From Candidatus Poribacteria bacterium (GTDB taxonomy: Bacteria; Poribacteria; WGA-4E; WGA-3G), in the NCBI GenBank assembly GCA_963665235.2, contig CAXXLX010000002.1, positions 576,001 to 640,000 of the forward strand: a DNA stretch of 64,000 nucleotides. The letters run 5' to 3'. The notes under the pieces are model-generated. The model did not search any database, was not told the DNA's origin, and saw only the letters and a list, made by a program, of their open reading frames with translations. Shown here one piece after another: positions 36,617 through 47,115 of this stretch (position 1 is the stretch's first letter; every line of letters begins with the position of its first letter). The position numbers were made by a program, and so were the translations under genes.

Positions 36617-38119
36617 ATGAGTCAAGAAGAGAAAAAAGATGTTGAAGAGAGTCCGTCTGATGCCGAAGAAGATAATTCTATTCCTGAGGATGATCTCTCT
36701 GTTACGCACCACAGTGTTACGATTAATGGCGAGGAATTGCGTTATACGGCAACAGCGGGAACGCTTGTTTTGAAGGCGGAGGTTGACAAAGAGGGTGAAA
36801 AACCGAAAGCCTCTGTTTTCTTCATCGCCTATACTCTGGATGATGTGGAGGATGTATCCGAGCGTCCGGTAACGTTTTCCTTTAACGGCGGGCCGGGGTC
36901 GTCTTCGGTTTGGTTGCATTTGGGGGTTTTGGGGCCGCGTCGTGTGAAGCCGGATGTGGATGGTGAGCCGCCGCAGCCGCCATATCAACTAACAAATAAC
37001 GAGTTTTCTATTTTAGACAAAACCGATTTGGTCTTCATTGACCCTGTCAGTACAGGGTTTAGTCGGGCGGTTCCAGGTGAAGAAGCAAAGCAGTTTCACG
37101 GTTTCAATCAGGATATTGAGTCGGTCGGAAATTTTATTTTGCTTTACTTAGGCCGTTATAAACGGTGGGGGTCGCCGAAATTTCTTATCGGGGAAAGCTA
37201 TGGAACAACACGTGCTGGTGGTTTGTCAGGTTATCTTCAGGAGCGGCATGGGACATATCTAAACGGTATCATGCTGGTTTCGGTTGTGCTTAACTTTCAG
37301 ACCATCCGATTTGCACCGGGGAACGATTTACCGTATATCCTCTATCTGCCTACCTATACGGCAACGGCACTCTATCACGAGCGGTTGGAGGTGGGGGACG
37401 TGTCTGAATCTAATGCCACTTTTCAGACGCTTTTGGAGGAAGCGAGAACGTTCGCTTTGGGGGAATACACGGTTGCCCTGATGCAAGGGGCAGCAATTCC
37501 GCCCGATAAACGGACTGATATCATTGAGAAGCTAGCGACGTACACGGGATTGTCGACGGATTACATTACCCGGACAGATTTGCGTATAAAAATCGGTCGG
37601 TTTTGCAAAGAGCTGCTCCGAGATGAAAGTCTAACGGTTGGGCGTTTTGATAGTCGTTTTACCGGAATTGACCGTGATTCGGCAGGTGAAACGTATGAAT
37701 ATGATCCGAGCTCTGCTGTCATTCAGGGGGCATATACGGCTACACTGAACGATTATGTCCGGGGCGACCTCGGCTTTGAAAGCGATTTGCCTTATGAAAT
37801 TCTGAGCCGCCGTGTACATCCGTGGGATTATAGCAGTCATCAAAACGAGTATGTGAATGTGGCAGATACGCTTCGGAAGGCGATGACGATGAACCCTTCA
37901 TTGAAAGTTTTCGTTGCTAGCGGGTACTACGATTTAGCAACGCCATTCTTGGCGACTGAGTATACGTTCACGCACCTTGGGCTGGATGAATCCTTGCAGG
38001 ATAACATCACGATGGCTTACTATCAAGCTGGGCACATGATGTATATTGATATGGATGAGTTGGCGAAAATGAAAGCGGATTTGGATGCCTTCCTTGACGA
38101 CGCGCTTGCCGAGACCTAA
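36617..38119 (+). CDS. Serine carboxypeptidase (peptidase S10)
   Basis: FNGGPGSSS, FIDPVSTGFS, GESYG (catalytic Ser), YYDLATP, AGHMMY. Confidence 0.92.
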   Translation: MSQEEKKDVEESPSDAEEDNSIPEDDLSVTHHSVTINGEELRYTATAGTLVLKAEVDKEGEKPKASVFFIAYTLDDVEDVSERPVTFSFNGGPGSSSVWLHLGVLGPRRVKPDVDGEPPQPPYQLTNNEFSILDKTDLVFIDPVSTGFSRAVPGEEAKQFHGFNQDIESVGNFILLYLGRYKRWGSPKFLIGESYGTTRAGGLSGYLQERHGTYLNGIMLVSVVLNFQTIRFAPGNDLPYILYLPTYTATALYHERLEVGDVSESNATFQTLLEEARTFALGEYTVALMQGAAIPPDKRTDIIEKLATYTGLSTDYITRTDLRIKIGRFCKELLRDESLTVGRFDSRFTGIDRDSAGETYEYDPSSAVIQGAYTATLNDYVRGDLGFESDLPYEILSRRVHPWDYSSHQNEYVNVADTLRKAMTMNPSLKVFVASGYYDLATPFLATEYTFTHLGLDESLQDNITMAYYQAGHMMYIDMDELAKMKADLDAFLDDALAET

Positions 38120-38122
38120 GTT

Positions 38123-39169
38123 ATGAGCTATCAGAGAGCGTTTGAAAACAGATTGGACGTAGCGGTCGTCGGTGTGGGGACTCACGGTTATCGGAACGTG
38201 TTACCGACTTTGACGTTTCTCCCGATTCGGCTAAAAGCGATTTGTGATGTGGATATTGACCGCGCACGAAGGACAGCTGCGCAGTACGGTGTTGAAAGGT
38301 GTTATGAAAACCTTTCGGACATGTTTCAGAACGAGGGATTAGATGCGATATTCCTCTGTGTTCCGCCGCGTTTACACCCAGAGCTGACGTGTGAGGCGTT
38401 GGATGCGGGGGTGCATGTGTGGTTGGAAAAACCGCCCGGCATGTTCGCGAGTGAGGTAGAAGAGATGATTCGTCACCGCGGGGACCGGGTTGTGGTTGTC
38501 GGGTTCAAAAAGGCGTTCATGCCCGCTACTCGGAAGGTGATTGAAATTTTTGACACTGCGGAATATGGCCCCCTTCGGACGTTGTTAGCGGTTTATCCGA
38601 TGACTATTCCAGCAGATGGCGACCGTGTGCTTCGTGAAGGGGTGCATACGAACTGGCTTCAAAACGGGTGTCATCCGTTGTCACTTTTGTTGGCAGTTGG
38701 GGGGAAGGTATCGGCTGTCACTGTACATCGGGGTGCCCACGGGGGTGGTGTGTGCGTTTTGGAATTTGCTAGCGGTGCGCTAGGAAATTTCCATCTGGCG
38801 GATGGTGCACGGCACGGACAGCCCTCGGAACTCTATCAATTTTTCGGTGATGGGTGCCATGTTGAAATTCGGAACGGTACGCGCGTGTTGTTACAACGCG
38901 GTATCCCCTTTGATTACAGCGGGAGCACAAGTTTTGTTCCTGAAGGTTTTGATGGAGGGGCTCTGGTATGGGAGCCGCAAAATAGTCTCGGCACGCTTGA
39001 AAATAAAGGACTTTTCGTCCAAGGTTTCTATCAGGAGATGCGATATTTTTGCGACTGTATTCTTTCAGGGACACCTGCTGAACAGGGGTCGCTTGAGTTT
39101 GCGTTAGAGGTTATGAAGGTCTATGAAGCGGGGTTACGTTCAGCGGGGGAGACCGTTGCGGTTTCGTAG
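38123..39169 (+). CDS. Gfo/Idh/MocA family oxidoreductase
   Basis: [20 protein letters not shown]. Confidence 0.88.
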   Translation: MSYQRAFENRLDVAVVGVGTHGYRNVLPTLTFLPIRLKAICDVDIDRARRTAAQYGVERCYENLSDMFQNEGLDAIFLCVPPRLHPELTCEALDAGVHVWLEKPPGMFASEVEEMIRHRGDRVVVVGFKKAFMPATRKVIEIFDTAEYGPLRTLLAVYPMTIPADGDRVLREGVHTNWLQNGCHPLSLLLAVGGKVSAVTVHRGAHGGGVCVLEFASGALGNFHLADGARHGQPSELYQFFGDGCHVEIRNGTRVLLQRGIPFDYSGSTSFVPEGFDGGALVWEPQNSLGTLENKGLFVQGFYQEMRYFCDCILSGTPAEQGSLEFALEVMKVYEAGLRSAGETVAVS

Positions 39170-39204
39170 GATAATTGCTGCTTTGGAACGTTTTTGGAGG
39201 AAGC

Positions 39205-40930
39205 ATGCTAACGAAATTGATTTGTCGTAATTTCAAAAACCTTGACGATGTTGAGATTGAATTAGGGAATCCTGTTGTTTTTATCGGTCCAAATAATTCC
39301 GGCAAAACGAATGCGTTGCAAGCATTGACTTTGTGGGAAATAGGGCTCAAACGTTGGAACGAGAACCGTAAAGGAAAAGCAAATCCGGAAAAACGGTTTG
39401 GTGTTGCTATTAACCGACGTGACCTTGTCTCTGTTCTCGTGCCAAATGCGCGATTGCTGTGGCATAATTTGAAAGTCCGTGATGCTAAAATAGTCGATGG
39501 GAAGCAACAGACAAAAAACATCCGGATAGATATAACCGTAGAAGGTGTTACTAGGGGCAAAAACTGGAAATGTGGATTTGAATTCGATTATGCTAATCAG
39601 GAATCCTTTTACTGCCGTCCGCTGAGAATATCGGAAGTGGATGGGAAGGTCTCCGAACGGATGCTAATACCTGAGGTGGCTGATGACCTCTCAGTCGCTT
39701 TTCTGCCGCCGATGTCCGGGCTTGCGTCTAATGAAATACGTCTTGAGCCCGGGGCCGTTAATGTAAGGATTGGAGAGGGGCGGACAGCAGAGGTCTTGCG
39801 TAATTTATGCTATCAGGTGTTTGAGGATACTCAAAAATGGGAAAGGCTTTGTGAGCACATTCAGGACCTATTTGGTGTGAGCCTTGATATACCGGAGTAC
39901 ATCGCTGAACGTGGGGAGATTACGATGCAATATCGGGATGAGTTCGGGACCACTTTGGATCTCTCGTCATCTGGGCGTGGGTTGCAACAGACGCTTCTGC
40001 TACTTGCCTATATCTCCGCGCACCCCGGTTCTGTGCTTCTGCTTGATGAGCCGGATGCCCATCTTGAAATTCTTCGGCAACGGCAGATTTACCGGGTGTT
40101 GACAGAATTAGCAGAGGAGCACAAGTGTCAAATTGTTGCTGCGAGTCATTCCGAAGTTATCCTGAATGAGGCGGCTGAGCAGGGGGTTGTCATCGCCTTT
40201 CTCGGAAAACCGCATCGAATTGACGACCGTGGTAGTCAACTATTGAAATCGCTTCGAACAATTGGTTTTGAGCATTACTATCAGGCACAGCAGCGGGGTT
40301 GGGTGCTTTATCTTGAAGGTTCCACCGATTTGACAATCTTGCAGGCGTTTGCAGCGAAACTTGAGCACCCGGTCCAAGCTGTATTGGAATCACCTTATGT
40401 CCATTACGTGGGCAACCAACTGTCAGAGGCCCAGAGGCACTTTTACGGTTTGCGTGAGGCAAATCCGGATTTGGTTGGTTTCAGTCTCTTCGATCGGATT
40501 TCTGAAAACCTCCACACGCGTCCTGAATTAACAGAGTACGTGTGGAAGCGTCGGGAAATTGAGAATTACATTGTCCTTGACAAGCAGGTGTTAATTGATT
40601 GGGCACGCGGTGAAGCAGCAGAGCATGTTGGTCGGTCTCTGTTCTTCAGAACGTTGTGTGTCTGTAATGGAAAAAACGATTACGGAGATAGAACGTGCCT
40701 TGGCAACGCTTGGTAAGGGCTCGCCGTGGTCGATTGATACAAAAGTGTCTGACGATTTTCTGGACCCGCTTTTTGAAGCTTTTTTTGAAAAATTAGAGAT
40801 GCCAAATCTGATGCAAAAAACGAATTATCATACCCTTGTCAAATATGTGCCAGCAGAGCAAATTGACCCAGAGGTTACGGAAGTGCTTGATGGCATTTTG
40901 GATGTTGCCAGTAGGGCGGTGCCGCTGTAA
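39205..40930 (+). pseudogene. ABC-type AAA ATPase plus TOPRIM-like (OLD-family-like) protein with a +1 frameshift near 40645
   Basis: NFKNL, GPNNSGKT (Walker A), SSGRGLQ, LLLDEPDAHL (Walker B), ASHS, and TOPRIM-like LEGSTD and RREIENY. The C-terminus continues in ORF 40595-40930. Confidence 0.75.
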
Positions 40931-40944
40931 ATGCGGAGGAAAAT

Positions 40945-41967
40945 ATGGAATACAGAAGGTTAGGACGTAGTGGTCTGAAGGTCTCCGAAATCTGTTTAGG
41001 GACGATGACATTTGGTCACGGGGCGGATGCGGCGGAATCGGAGCGGATGGTGCATCTTGCGTGGGATGCGGGTGTGAACTTTTTCGATACCGCGAATTCT
41101 TATGGCGATGGGGAGTCGGAGGTATTGCTTGGCAAAGCACTCAAGGGCCGGCGGCGTGATGCTATCGTAGCGACTAAGTTTTTCAATCCGATGGGGCGCA
41201 GTCCGAACGATTCAGGGATGTCACGAGTGCATATCATGCAGGCGATTGATGACAGTCTGAAACGTTTGCAGATGGATTACGTGGATGTCTATTACATTCA
41301 CCATGTAGATACGCAGACACCGTTGGAGGAGATGCTCCGGGCATTGGACGATTTGGTGCGTCAGGGCAAGGTGCGCTATACGGCGTGTAGCAACTATCAG
41401 GCGTGGCGATTATCCGAGGCGTTGTGGCTTAGCGATTCGCTTAATTTAGCGCGGTTTGTGTGTTATCAACCGCAATATAGTCTCGTTGTTCGGGACATAG
41501 AGCAGGAGTTGGTGCCGCTGTGTGAGCACAAAGGTTTGGGAATTGTTGTGTGGAGTCCATTAGCCGGTGGATTTCTCTCTGGTAAGTATAAACCTGGGGA
41601 GCGTACGCAGGTAGGTGCACGTTCGTCGGAGGGTTGGGCTTTTCCACACCGTTATTTTGCGGCAAATGCGGATGAATCGCTGCAAGTGCTTTTAGCGGTT
41701 TCGGATGAGTTGGGATATAGTCCGGCGCAGGTCGCGCTTCGGTGGGTGCTTGAGCAACGGGCGATGACATCGGTGATTGTCGGGGCACGGCATGCGGTCC
41801 ACTTAGAAGATAATCTTGGTGCAGCGGGGTGGCGATTGTCGGGGGAGGCACTGCAACGTCTAAACGAGGTTTCACATCTACCTGACCGTTATCCGGAGTC
41901 GATGGAGAAGAATATGCATGAACGTAGGGAGCGTGCAGTTGAGATGCCGCTTCGGTTATCTAGATAA
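40945..41967 (+). CDS. Aldo/keto reductase
   Basis: LGRSGLKVSEICLGTMTFG, DTANSYG, ATK, SLKRLQMDYVD, WSPLAGG. Confidence 0.95.
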   Translation: MEYRRLGRSGLKVSEICLGTMTFGHGADAAESERMVHLAWDAGVNFFDTANSYGDGESEVLLGKALKGRRRDAIVATKFFNPMGRSPNDSGMSRVHIMQAIDDSLKRLQMDYVDVYYIHHVDTQTPLEEMLRALDDLVRQGKVRYTACSNYQAWRLSEALWLSDSLNLARFVCYQPQYSLVVRDIEQELVPLCEHKGLGIVVWSPLAGGFLSGKYKPGERTQVGARSSEGWAFPHRYFAANADESLQVLLAVSDELGYSPAQVALRWVLEQRAMTSVIVGARHAVHLEDNLGAAGWRLSGEALQRLNEVSHLPDRYPESMEKNMHERRERAVEMPLRLSR

Positions 41968-42043
41968 ATCAAAAAGTGGTGGAGAGAGCAGAACAGTTAA
42001 TTTCTCTGCCTTGCAAGTAGACAGAATAAAAAGAGGTATTACT

Positions 42044-42760
42044 ATGTCAAAAATAGCAGTGATTTCAGGCGTAGGGTCTGGTTTAGGTGCGGCACTTGCC
42101 CGTAAATTTGCGAGTGAGGGGTGTACGCTTGCTTTACTGGCTCGCTCTTCCGCGTATATTACCAATTTATCAAAAAGATTGGAGGAGACAGGTGCAACTG
42201 TGCTGCCGCTTCCTACGGATATTACGGATGCTGCGCAAGTTGCCTCAAGTTTTTCGAAAATTCGTGAGGAATTAGGGGTGCCCGATATTTTGTTGAATCA
42301 TGCGGGGAATGCGACGTGGGGGAACTTCGCGGAGCTGACTCCTGAGGCGTTTGAAGGTGCATGGCGGGTTTGCACGCTCGGTGCGTTTCTGTGTGCGAAG
42401 CAGGTGGTTCCGGGTATGCTTGAGAAGGGGAGTGGGACGATTCTGTTTACAGGGGCGACATCTGCGGTTCGTGGCAGAGCGGGTGCAATCGCTTTCAGCA
42501 GTGCTAAGTTCGCTATGCGTGGGTTAGCTGCGTCACTTGCCCGTGAAGTCGGTCCGAGCGGCATACACGTTGCGCATATCATTATAGATGGTATTATTGA
42601 TACTCCCGGGATTCGGGAGCGGTATCAACTGGCACCGGATGAGCCGTTGCTTGCTCCGGATGCAATTGCGGACACTTATTGGGCACTCGTCCAACAAGAG
42701 CAGAGTGCATGGAGTTTTGAAGTGGATGTCCGTCCGCATAATGAGGAATTCTTTACGTAG
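42044..42760 (+). CDS. Short-chain dehydrogenase/reductase
   Basis: SGVGSGLG, NHAG, TGATSA.RG, FSSAK, IHVAHIIIDG. Confidence 0.9.
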   Translation: MSKIAVISGVGSGLGAALARKFASEGCTLALLARSSAYITNLSKRLEETGATVLPLPTDITDAAQVASSFSKIREELGVPDILLNHAGNATWGNFAELTPEAFEGAWRVCTLGAFLCAKQVVPGMLEKGSGTILFTGATSAVRGRAGAIAFSSAKFAMRGLAASLAREVGPSGIHVAHIIIDGIIDTPGIRERYQLAPDEPLLAPDAIADTYWALVQQEQSAWSFEVDVRPHNEEFFT

Positions 42761-42851
42761 AAAAATTAGAAACGTAGTGTGAGCTGCTTAGATTTTGCCC
42801 TATTCAGAGGCACAATCTAAGCAGCTTCTCGTTCAAAAAGAGGAAGCACAA

Positions 42852-43427
42852 TTAATTGGTACTGAAATCGGGGGCGTTTTCTGCCATATCTTCCAGAAAC
42901 CTGTTAAGTTTCGTCTGAAATTCGTCCATCCATTCGACCTGTTTACCGCTTCCGGGTATACAGAGGTTTCCAAAGAGTGGGACATTTTTCTCGTACCGTA
43001 CCGGAAGTTCGAGCACTCGGAAATGTTGTGCGTTGTTTTTTCCTCTCTTGCTCAGAAATCGGATTTTTATGTAGCCGGCTTTTTCTAAGTCAGCGAGGGC
43101 TTCGCTAATTTGTTTAGTAGACAGCTCCGTGTCTTCGGCGATTTCGGACAAATTGTGTAATCTGCAAGCGAAGTCTTCAAGGTTCAATTCCCACAAAAGC
43201 GCGCCAAAATCTTTTGCGTCATCTGATAGAAACGGGTCGAGAGTGATAGCGATGATTGCATCTAAGCAGAGGTTAAAATGAGCAGGGTCTACTGTGAAAA
43301 CATTTTGGAGAGATGGATGTTCTTCAAGAAATGTCTGCTTCAAATGTTCACGGAAACTCGCTATTTCATTTTTAAACTCTACAATATGCGTGTACGTTGG
43401 GTTTGGGGGTGGCATATTTTTTCGCAT
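42852..43427 (-). CDS. Hypothetical protein with a probable winged-helix HTH
   Basis: TAAGGAG RBS before ATG 43427. HTH pattern NLSEIAEDTELSTKQISEALADLEKAGYIK. Confidence 0.6.
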   Translation of the reverse strand: MRKNMPPPNPTYTHIVEFKNEIASFREHLKQTFLEEHPSLQNVFTVDPAHFNLCLDAIIAITLDPFLSDDAKDFGALLWELNLEDFACRLHNLSEIAEDTELSTKQISEALADLEKAGYIKIRFLSKRGKNNAQHFRVLELPVRYEKNVPLFGNLCIPGSGKQVEWMDEFQTKLNRFLEDMAENAPDFSTN

Positions 43428-43485
43428 ACTTAACTCCTTAGGTTTACGAAGTCCGGGTCGTGCTTTTTCAACATGTCTTATGTTG

Positions 43486-44859
43486 TCAAAACGTGCTTTC
43501 TCGATTAGTGATTGGACACCATCGGGTTGTTTGAAGGTAGCGCAGCAATACCTCTTTCGCTGCTGGCGTATCGATACGGTAAAGTGCATGCACTGCATTA
43601 CCACGGATATAGCGGTTTTCATCGAAAAGCAGGTTTTCCAACCCTTCAACCGCGTCTGCAGCATGCTTCCCAATTCGAGACAGGGCAAACACGGCATTCC
43701 GTCTGATTCCACCATTCGGGTCTTCCAACGCCTCAATCAACCCTGGAACCGCTACTGAACTAGATTGGCTCGTTGTGCCTAACGCCTCAATTGCGCGTGC
43801 TCGGACTGTAGCGGATTCATCCTGTAACCGCTCAATTAATTCGGGTACTGCGGGTTCAGCCTTGGTTCCGAGGTCGCCGAGTGCTTCAGCAGCGTTTGCG
43901 CGTACGTTTTCTGGGGCATCTTTCAAAGCGGTCCGGAGTGCATTAACGGCGGGTGTGCCGACAGCGTTCAGCGCGTAGCATGCGTTTCGGCGGGTCATAT
44001 CAGATTCCTCGTGCAGACACCGCGTCAATGCGGGTACAGCCTGTTCTCCGAACTGTGGCATCTGATATGCGGCTTGCAGTCCGGTTGATTCGGTTGTACT
44101 GTTCAGTGCGCTAATTAAAGTAGATATGGATTCACCGTTTGATGTTGTGTCTGCTTCGCTGCTTTCCGTGCCTCGGTGCCAATTCCATAGATGTTTGAAC
44201 ATAAGTTGGTGTTCAGGCGGTCCGTGTGCAGTTCCGTTTGCCCATTCTGTTTCCGTATTTGCCCAGGTAGGGCTCTGCGGTTCGGTCATACGGGTGTAGA
44301 GGAACTTCATCATGTACCGCTTGTGTTCACTCTGATTGGGCATTGCGCGGTGCCAGAGGTCGTAGTTTGCGAAGGCGACGGTGCCAGCTTTTCCGGTGAT
44401 AGGTTGTTCGGGCGAGACGTGCGCGCCTTCTTGTGTACTGTAATAGTGGCTCATCGGTACGACTCCTGTCGGGCCGCGTTCGACAGGCGTATCTTGTGGG
44501 TAATAGAAAACGAGCAACCTGCGGGTATGGTGTGACCAACGTTTTCCGCCATCTTGGTGCATGCCCTGTCCGCCACTGCCGGGCGGATTGTAATGTGGGT
44601 GCCGGTGCGGTTGCATGTAATAATCGGGTCCGAGTAGGCTGGTCAAAGCTCCTTTAACGTTAGCATCGTCAAAGACTTGCTGGATATCGGGTATCCGTGG
44701 CAAGAGATTATTCCCTGGGTTGCCCTCCTTGTCGAAGACCGCCACTGTTTTTTCAAAGATGGTCTCATGAAAATTCTCAGGCAGGTCTGTCGTAACGGTG
44801 ACATACCCGTTCACAATAAAATGTTGCATCTGTGCATCTGTTAAGAGGTGTTCTCCCAT
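43486..44859 (-). CDS. PhyH-family dioxygenase fused to PBS-lyase HEAT repeats
   Basis: FIVNGY, MHQD, GPTGVVPMSH, LWHRA, followed by VR..A..ALG HEAT repeats. Confidence 0.9.
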   Translation of the reverse strand: MGEHLLTDAQMQHFIVNGYVTVTTDLPENFHETIFEKTVAVFDKEGNPGNNLLPRIPDIQQVFDDANVKGALTSLLGPDYYMQPHRHPHYNPPGSGGQGMHQDGGKRWSHHTRRLLVFYYPQDTPVERGPTGVVPMSHYYSTQEGAHVSPEQPITGKAGTVAFANYDLWHRAMPNQSEHKRYMMKFLYTRMTEPQSPTWANTETEWANGTAHGPPEHQLMFKHLWNWHRGTESSEADTTSNGESISTLISALNSTTESTGLQAAYQMPQFGEQAVPALTRCLHEESDMTRRNACYALNAVGTPAVNALRTALKDAPENVRANAAEALGDLGTKAEPAVPELIERLQDESATVRARAIEALGTTSQSSSVAVPGLIEALEDPNGGIRRNAVFALSRIGKHAADAVEGLENLLFDENRYIRGNAVHALYRIDTPAAKEVLLRYLQTTRWCPITNRESTF

Positions 44860-45019
44860 TTTTGATATCCTCCTAAGGTTTTCGGTTATCTCTGAACATT
44901 TCTTAAACCTCTTTTAATATAGTATGCCACAAATTCGCGGAATTGACAAGGAAAAAATGTTCATGCAAATATGAAATTGTGATATACTATTCTATTAAAT
45001 TGAGTGGAGGTAGTTTAGT

Positions 45020-46219
45020 ATGGGTAGAACTTTTGAAAAATCGTTGGCGTGGCAGGCACGCGCGAAAGCTGCTTTAGTCGGTGGCGGTCAACCGCATAAA
45101 CGGAGTCAACCGCCGGAACCAGTTATGGTTGCTGGTGGGAAAGGATCACATTTTTGGGACGCGGACGGTAATGACTATATTGATTACCTGATGGGATACG
45201 GTCCGATGATTCTCGGACATGCCTATCCCGCTGTGATAGAAGCGGTTGCAAAGGCTCTCGAACGCGGCAATGTCTATAACTTTGGGCATACATTAGAGAT
45301 AGAACTTGCAGAAAAACTTGTTAAGATTATTCCATCCGCGGATAGGGTGGCATATTTTGTCGGGGGTTCCGATGCGACAACTGGCGCGCTTAAGTTTGCA
45401 CGCGCTTATACTGGAAAGGAGAAGGTGATTCGGTGCGGTTACCACGGCTGGCACGATTGGTGTCATAACACCCGCGGACATTTGCCGAGCAGTGCTGCGT
45501 CAACGCTTACCGTTGGTTTTAACGATATAGATGCACTGGAAGACCTCTTTAAGGAACATCCCACAGAAATAGCATGTTTGATTATGGAACCTTCTGGACA
45601 CGATTTGCCAACCGAGGGATATTTGGAAAACGTGAAGTCCGTTGTGAACGCTAACGATGCGCTGTTAATTTTTGATGAGGTCAAAACTGGCTTCCGGTAT
45701 GCTTTAGGGGGCGCGCAAGAATATTTCGGTGTTATTCCAGACATGTCGGTGTTCGGGAAAGCCCTAGCGAACGGTTTCGCTACTGCTGTTGTTGTCGGCA
45801 AGCAGGAGATTATGGATGAAGTTGCGGGTGTATGGGTCGCTGCCACCTTCCACGGTGAGGTATCACTTGTCGCTGCCGCTATCGCTACAATTGCGGAATT
45901 GGAAGCGAAAGATGGGGTCAATTTTATGTGGCAACAGGGGACAAAATTGTTAGATGGTTATAAAGAAATGACGGACCGATTGGGGATTGAGCAGGCACGT
46001 ATCGGGGGCATTGGGCCTATGCCGTTTTTCGGTTTGGGCGCAGGTGACGAACGGCAGCAGCAATTTCGAAAAATTTTCTATGAAACGACATTAGATGGCG
46101 GATTGTATCTGCCGCAAGGGCATATCTGGTTTATGTCCATTTCACATACGGATGAGGATATCGCTAAAACGCTAAGTGTTTCAGAGGATGCACTCAAACA
46201 GGCGAAAGCGAAGGGATAA
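45020..46219 (+). CDS. Class III PLP aminotransferase (glutamate-1-semialdehyde aminomutase-like)
   Basis: GKGSHFWDADGNDYID, YHGWHDW, FDEVKTGFR, FGKALANG, ATFHG. Confidence 0.88.
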   Translation: MGRTFEKSLAWQARAKAALVGGGQPHKRSQPPEPVMVAGGKGSHFWDADGNDYIDYLMGYGPMILGHAYPAVIEAVAKALERGNVYNFGHTLEIELAEKLVKIIPSADRVAYFVGGSDATTGALKFARAYTGKEKVIRCGYHGWHDWCHNTRGHLPSSAASTLTVGFNDIDALEDLFKEHPTEIACLIMEPSGHDLPTEGYLENVKSVVNANDALLIFDEVKTGFRYALGGAQEYFGVIPDMSVFGKALANGFATAVVVGKQEIMDEVAGVWVAATFHGEVSLVAAAIATIAELEAKDGVNFMWQQGTKLLDGYKEMTDRLGIEQARIGGIGPMPFFGLGAGDERQQQFRKIFYETTLDGGLYLPQGHIWFMSISHTDEDIAKTLSVSEDALKQAKAKG

Positions 46220-46224
46220 GGAAA

Positions 46225-47085
46225 ATGAATTACGCAAAACCTTTTATTGTTGATAAAAACTTGGGGGCAGCACTAGACCTTGAGAATGCTTCGCTCCCGG
46301 AGACGACATCTGATGGCACACCTGTTGTGCCACCGACACAGGAACAGAAATATCTGTTTGATATGCACGGCTGGCTGTTAGTCCCCGGCGTATTGTCAGG
46401 CGATGAACTGGAAGAGATGCAGGAATTTGGGTATCGTCTCCGCCATGACCCGGAGTCTATACCGGCACATGAGCGTTCGCCGCTGGGCGGTCCGATGCAG
46501 AAGTTAGCTGACCATCCGAACGTTGTCGGTTTTCTAAACGAATTCCTTGCCCATCCTGCCCTTTCAAGCCCAGAATGTTACGGGTTCCGTATGGAATCGT
46601 GTCACATGTTTTACCGCACGGTTGGGGATGGGAACTTTGGACCACACAACGGTAACGGCATGCTGCGTTTCCCCGGTGACTCGCATCTGTATCGGTGTAT
46701 TCCCGGTAAGGCATATAGCGGGTTGACGCGCATTGTGTGGGAGCTCAATCCGGTCAAATATAGACAGGGGGGCACGCTATTCATTACGGGCAGCCATAAG
46801 GCGGTCTATACGGCACCGGACACAATTCAGACTCCGGACTCGCCGATTTGGGATACGTACGAGTGTCCGGCTGGCTCGCTGCTGTTTTTCACGGAGGCGT
46901 TGACGCACAGTACACATCGGTGGACCAACGAGGAAAACCACCGGATTGCAATTTTCAGTTGCTACAATACGGTGAATAGCAAGTGGCACGATTGGAATCC
47001 GCATCCGGAGTTGTTAGCGGCGATGCCATCGAAACGTCAGACGCTTTTCCGCCCGGTTCGGGCTGCGAATAACTTGGTCGGATAA
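46225..47085 (+). CDS. PhyH-family Fe/2OG enzyme with an HxG metal site
   Basis: QKYLFDMHGWL.VPGVL, GPHNG, GGTLFITGSHK, PAGSLLFFTEALTH, R in HRIA. Confidence 0.85.
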   Translation: MNYAKPFIVDKNLGAALDLENASLPETTSDGTPVVPPTQEQKYLFDMHGWLLVPGVLSGDELEEMQEFGYRLRHDPESIPAHERSPLGGPMQKLADHPNVVGFLNEFLAHPALSSPECYGFRMESCHMFYRTVGDGNFGPHNGNGMLRFPGDSHLYRCIPGKAYSGLTRIVWELNPVKYRQGGTLFITGSHKAVYTAPDTIQTPDSPIWDTYECPAGSLLFFTEALTHSTHRWTNEENHRIAIFSCYNTVNSKWHDWNPHPELLAAMPSKRQTLFRPVRAANNLVG

Positions 47086-47115
47086 ACGGCACTGTTTCAT
47101 CGGGGGGCGCATTTT

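Noticed and set aside
43428-43736. N-terminal extension of ORF 42852-43736
   Set aside because: It overlaps the PhyH-HEAT gene in another frame. A strong RBS supports ATG 43427.
45020-46219. hemL assignment
   Set aside because: It has class III aminotransferase motifs, but with YHGWHDW and without the N-terminal PGGVNSPVR signature of HemL, and there are no hem neighbours.
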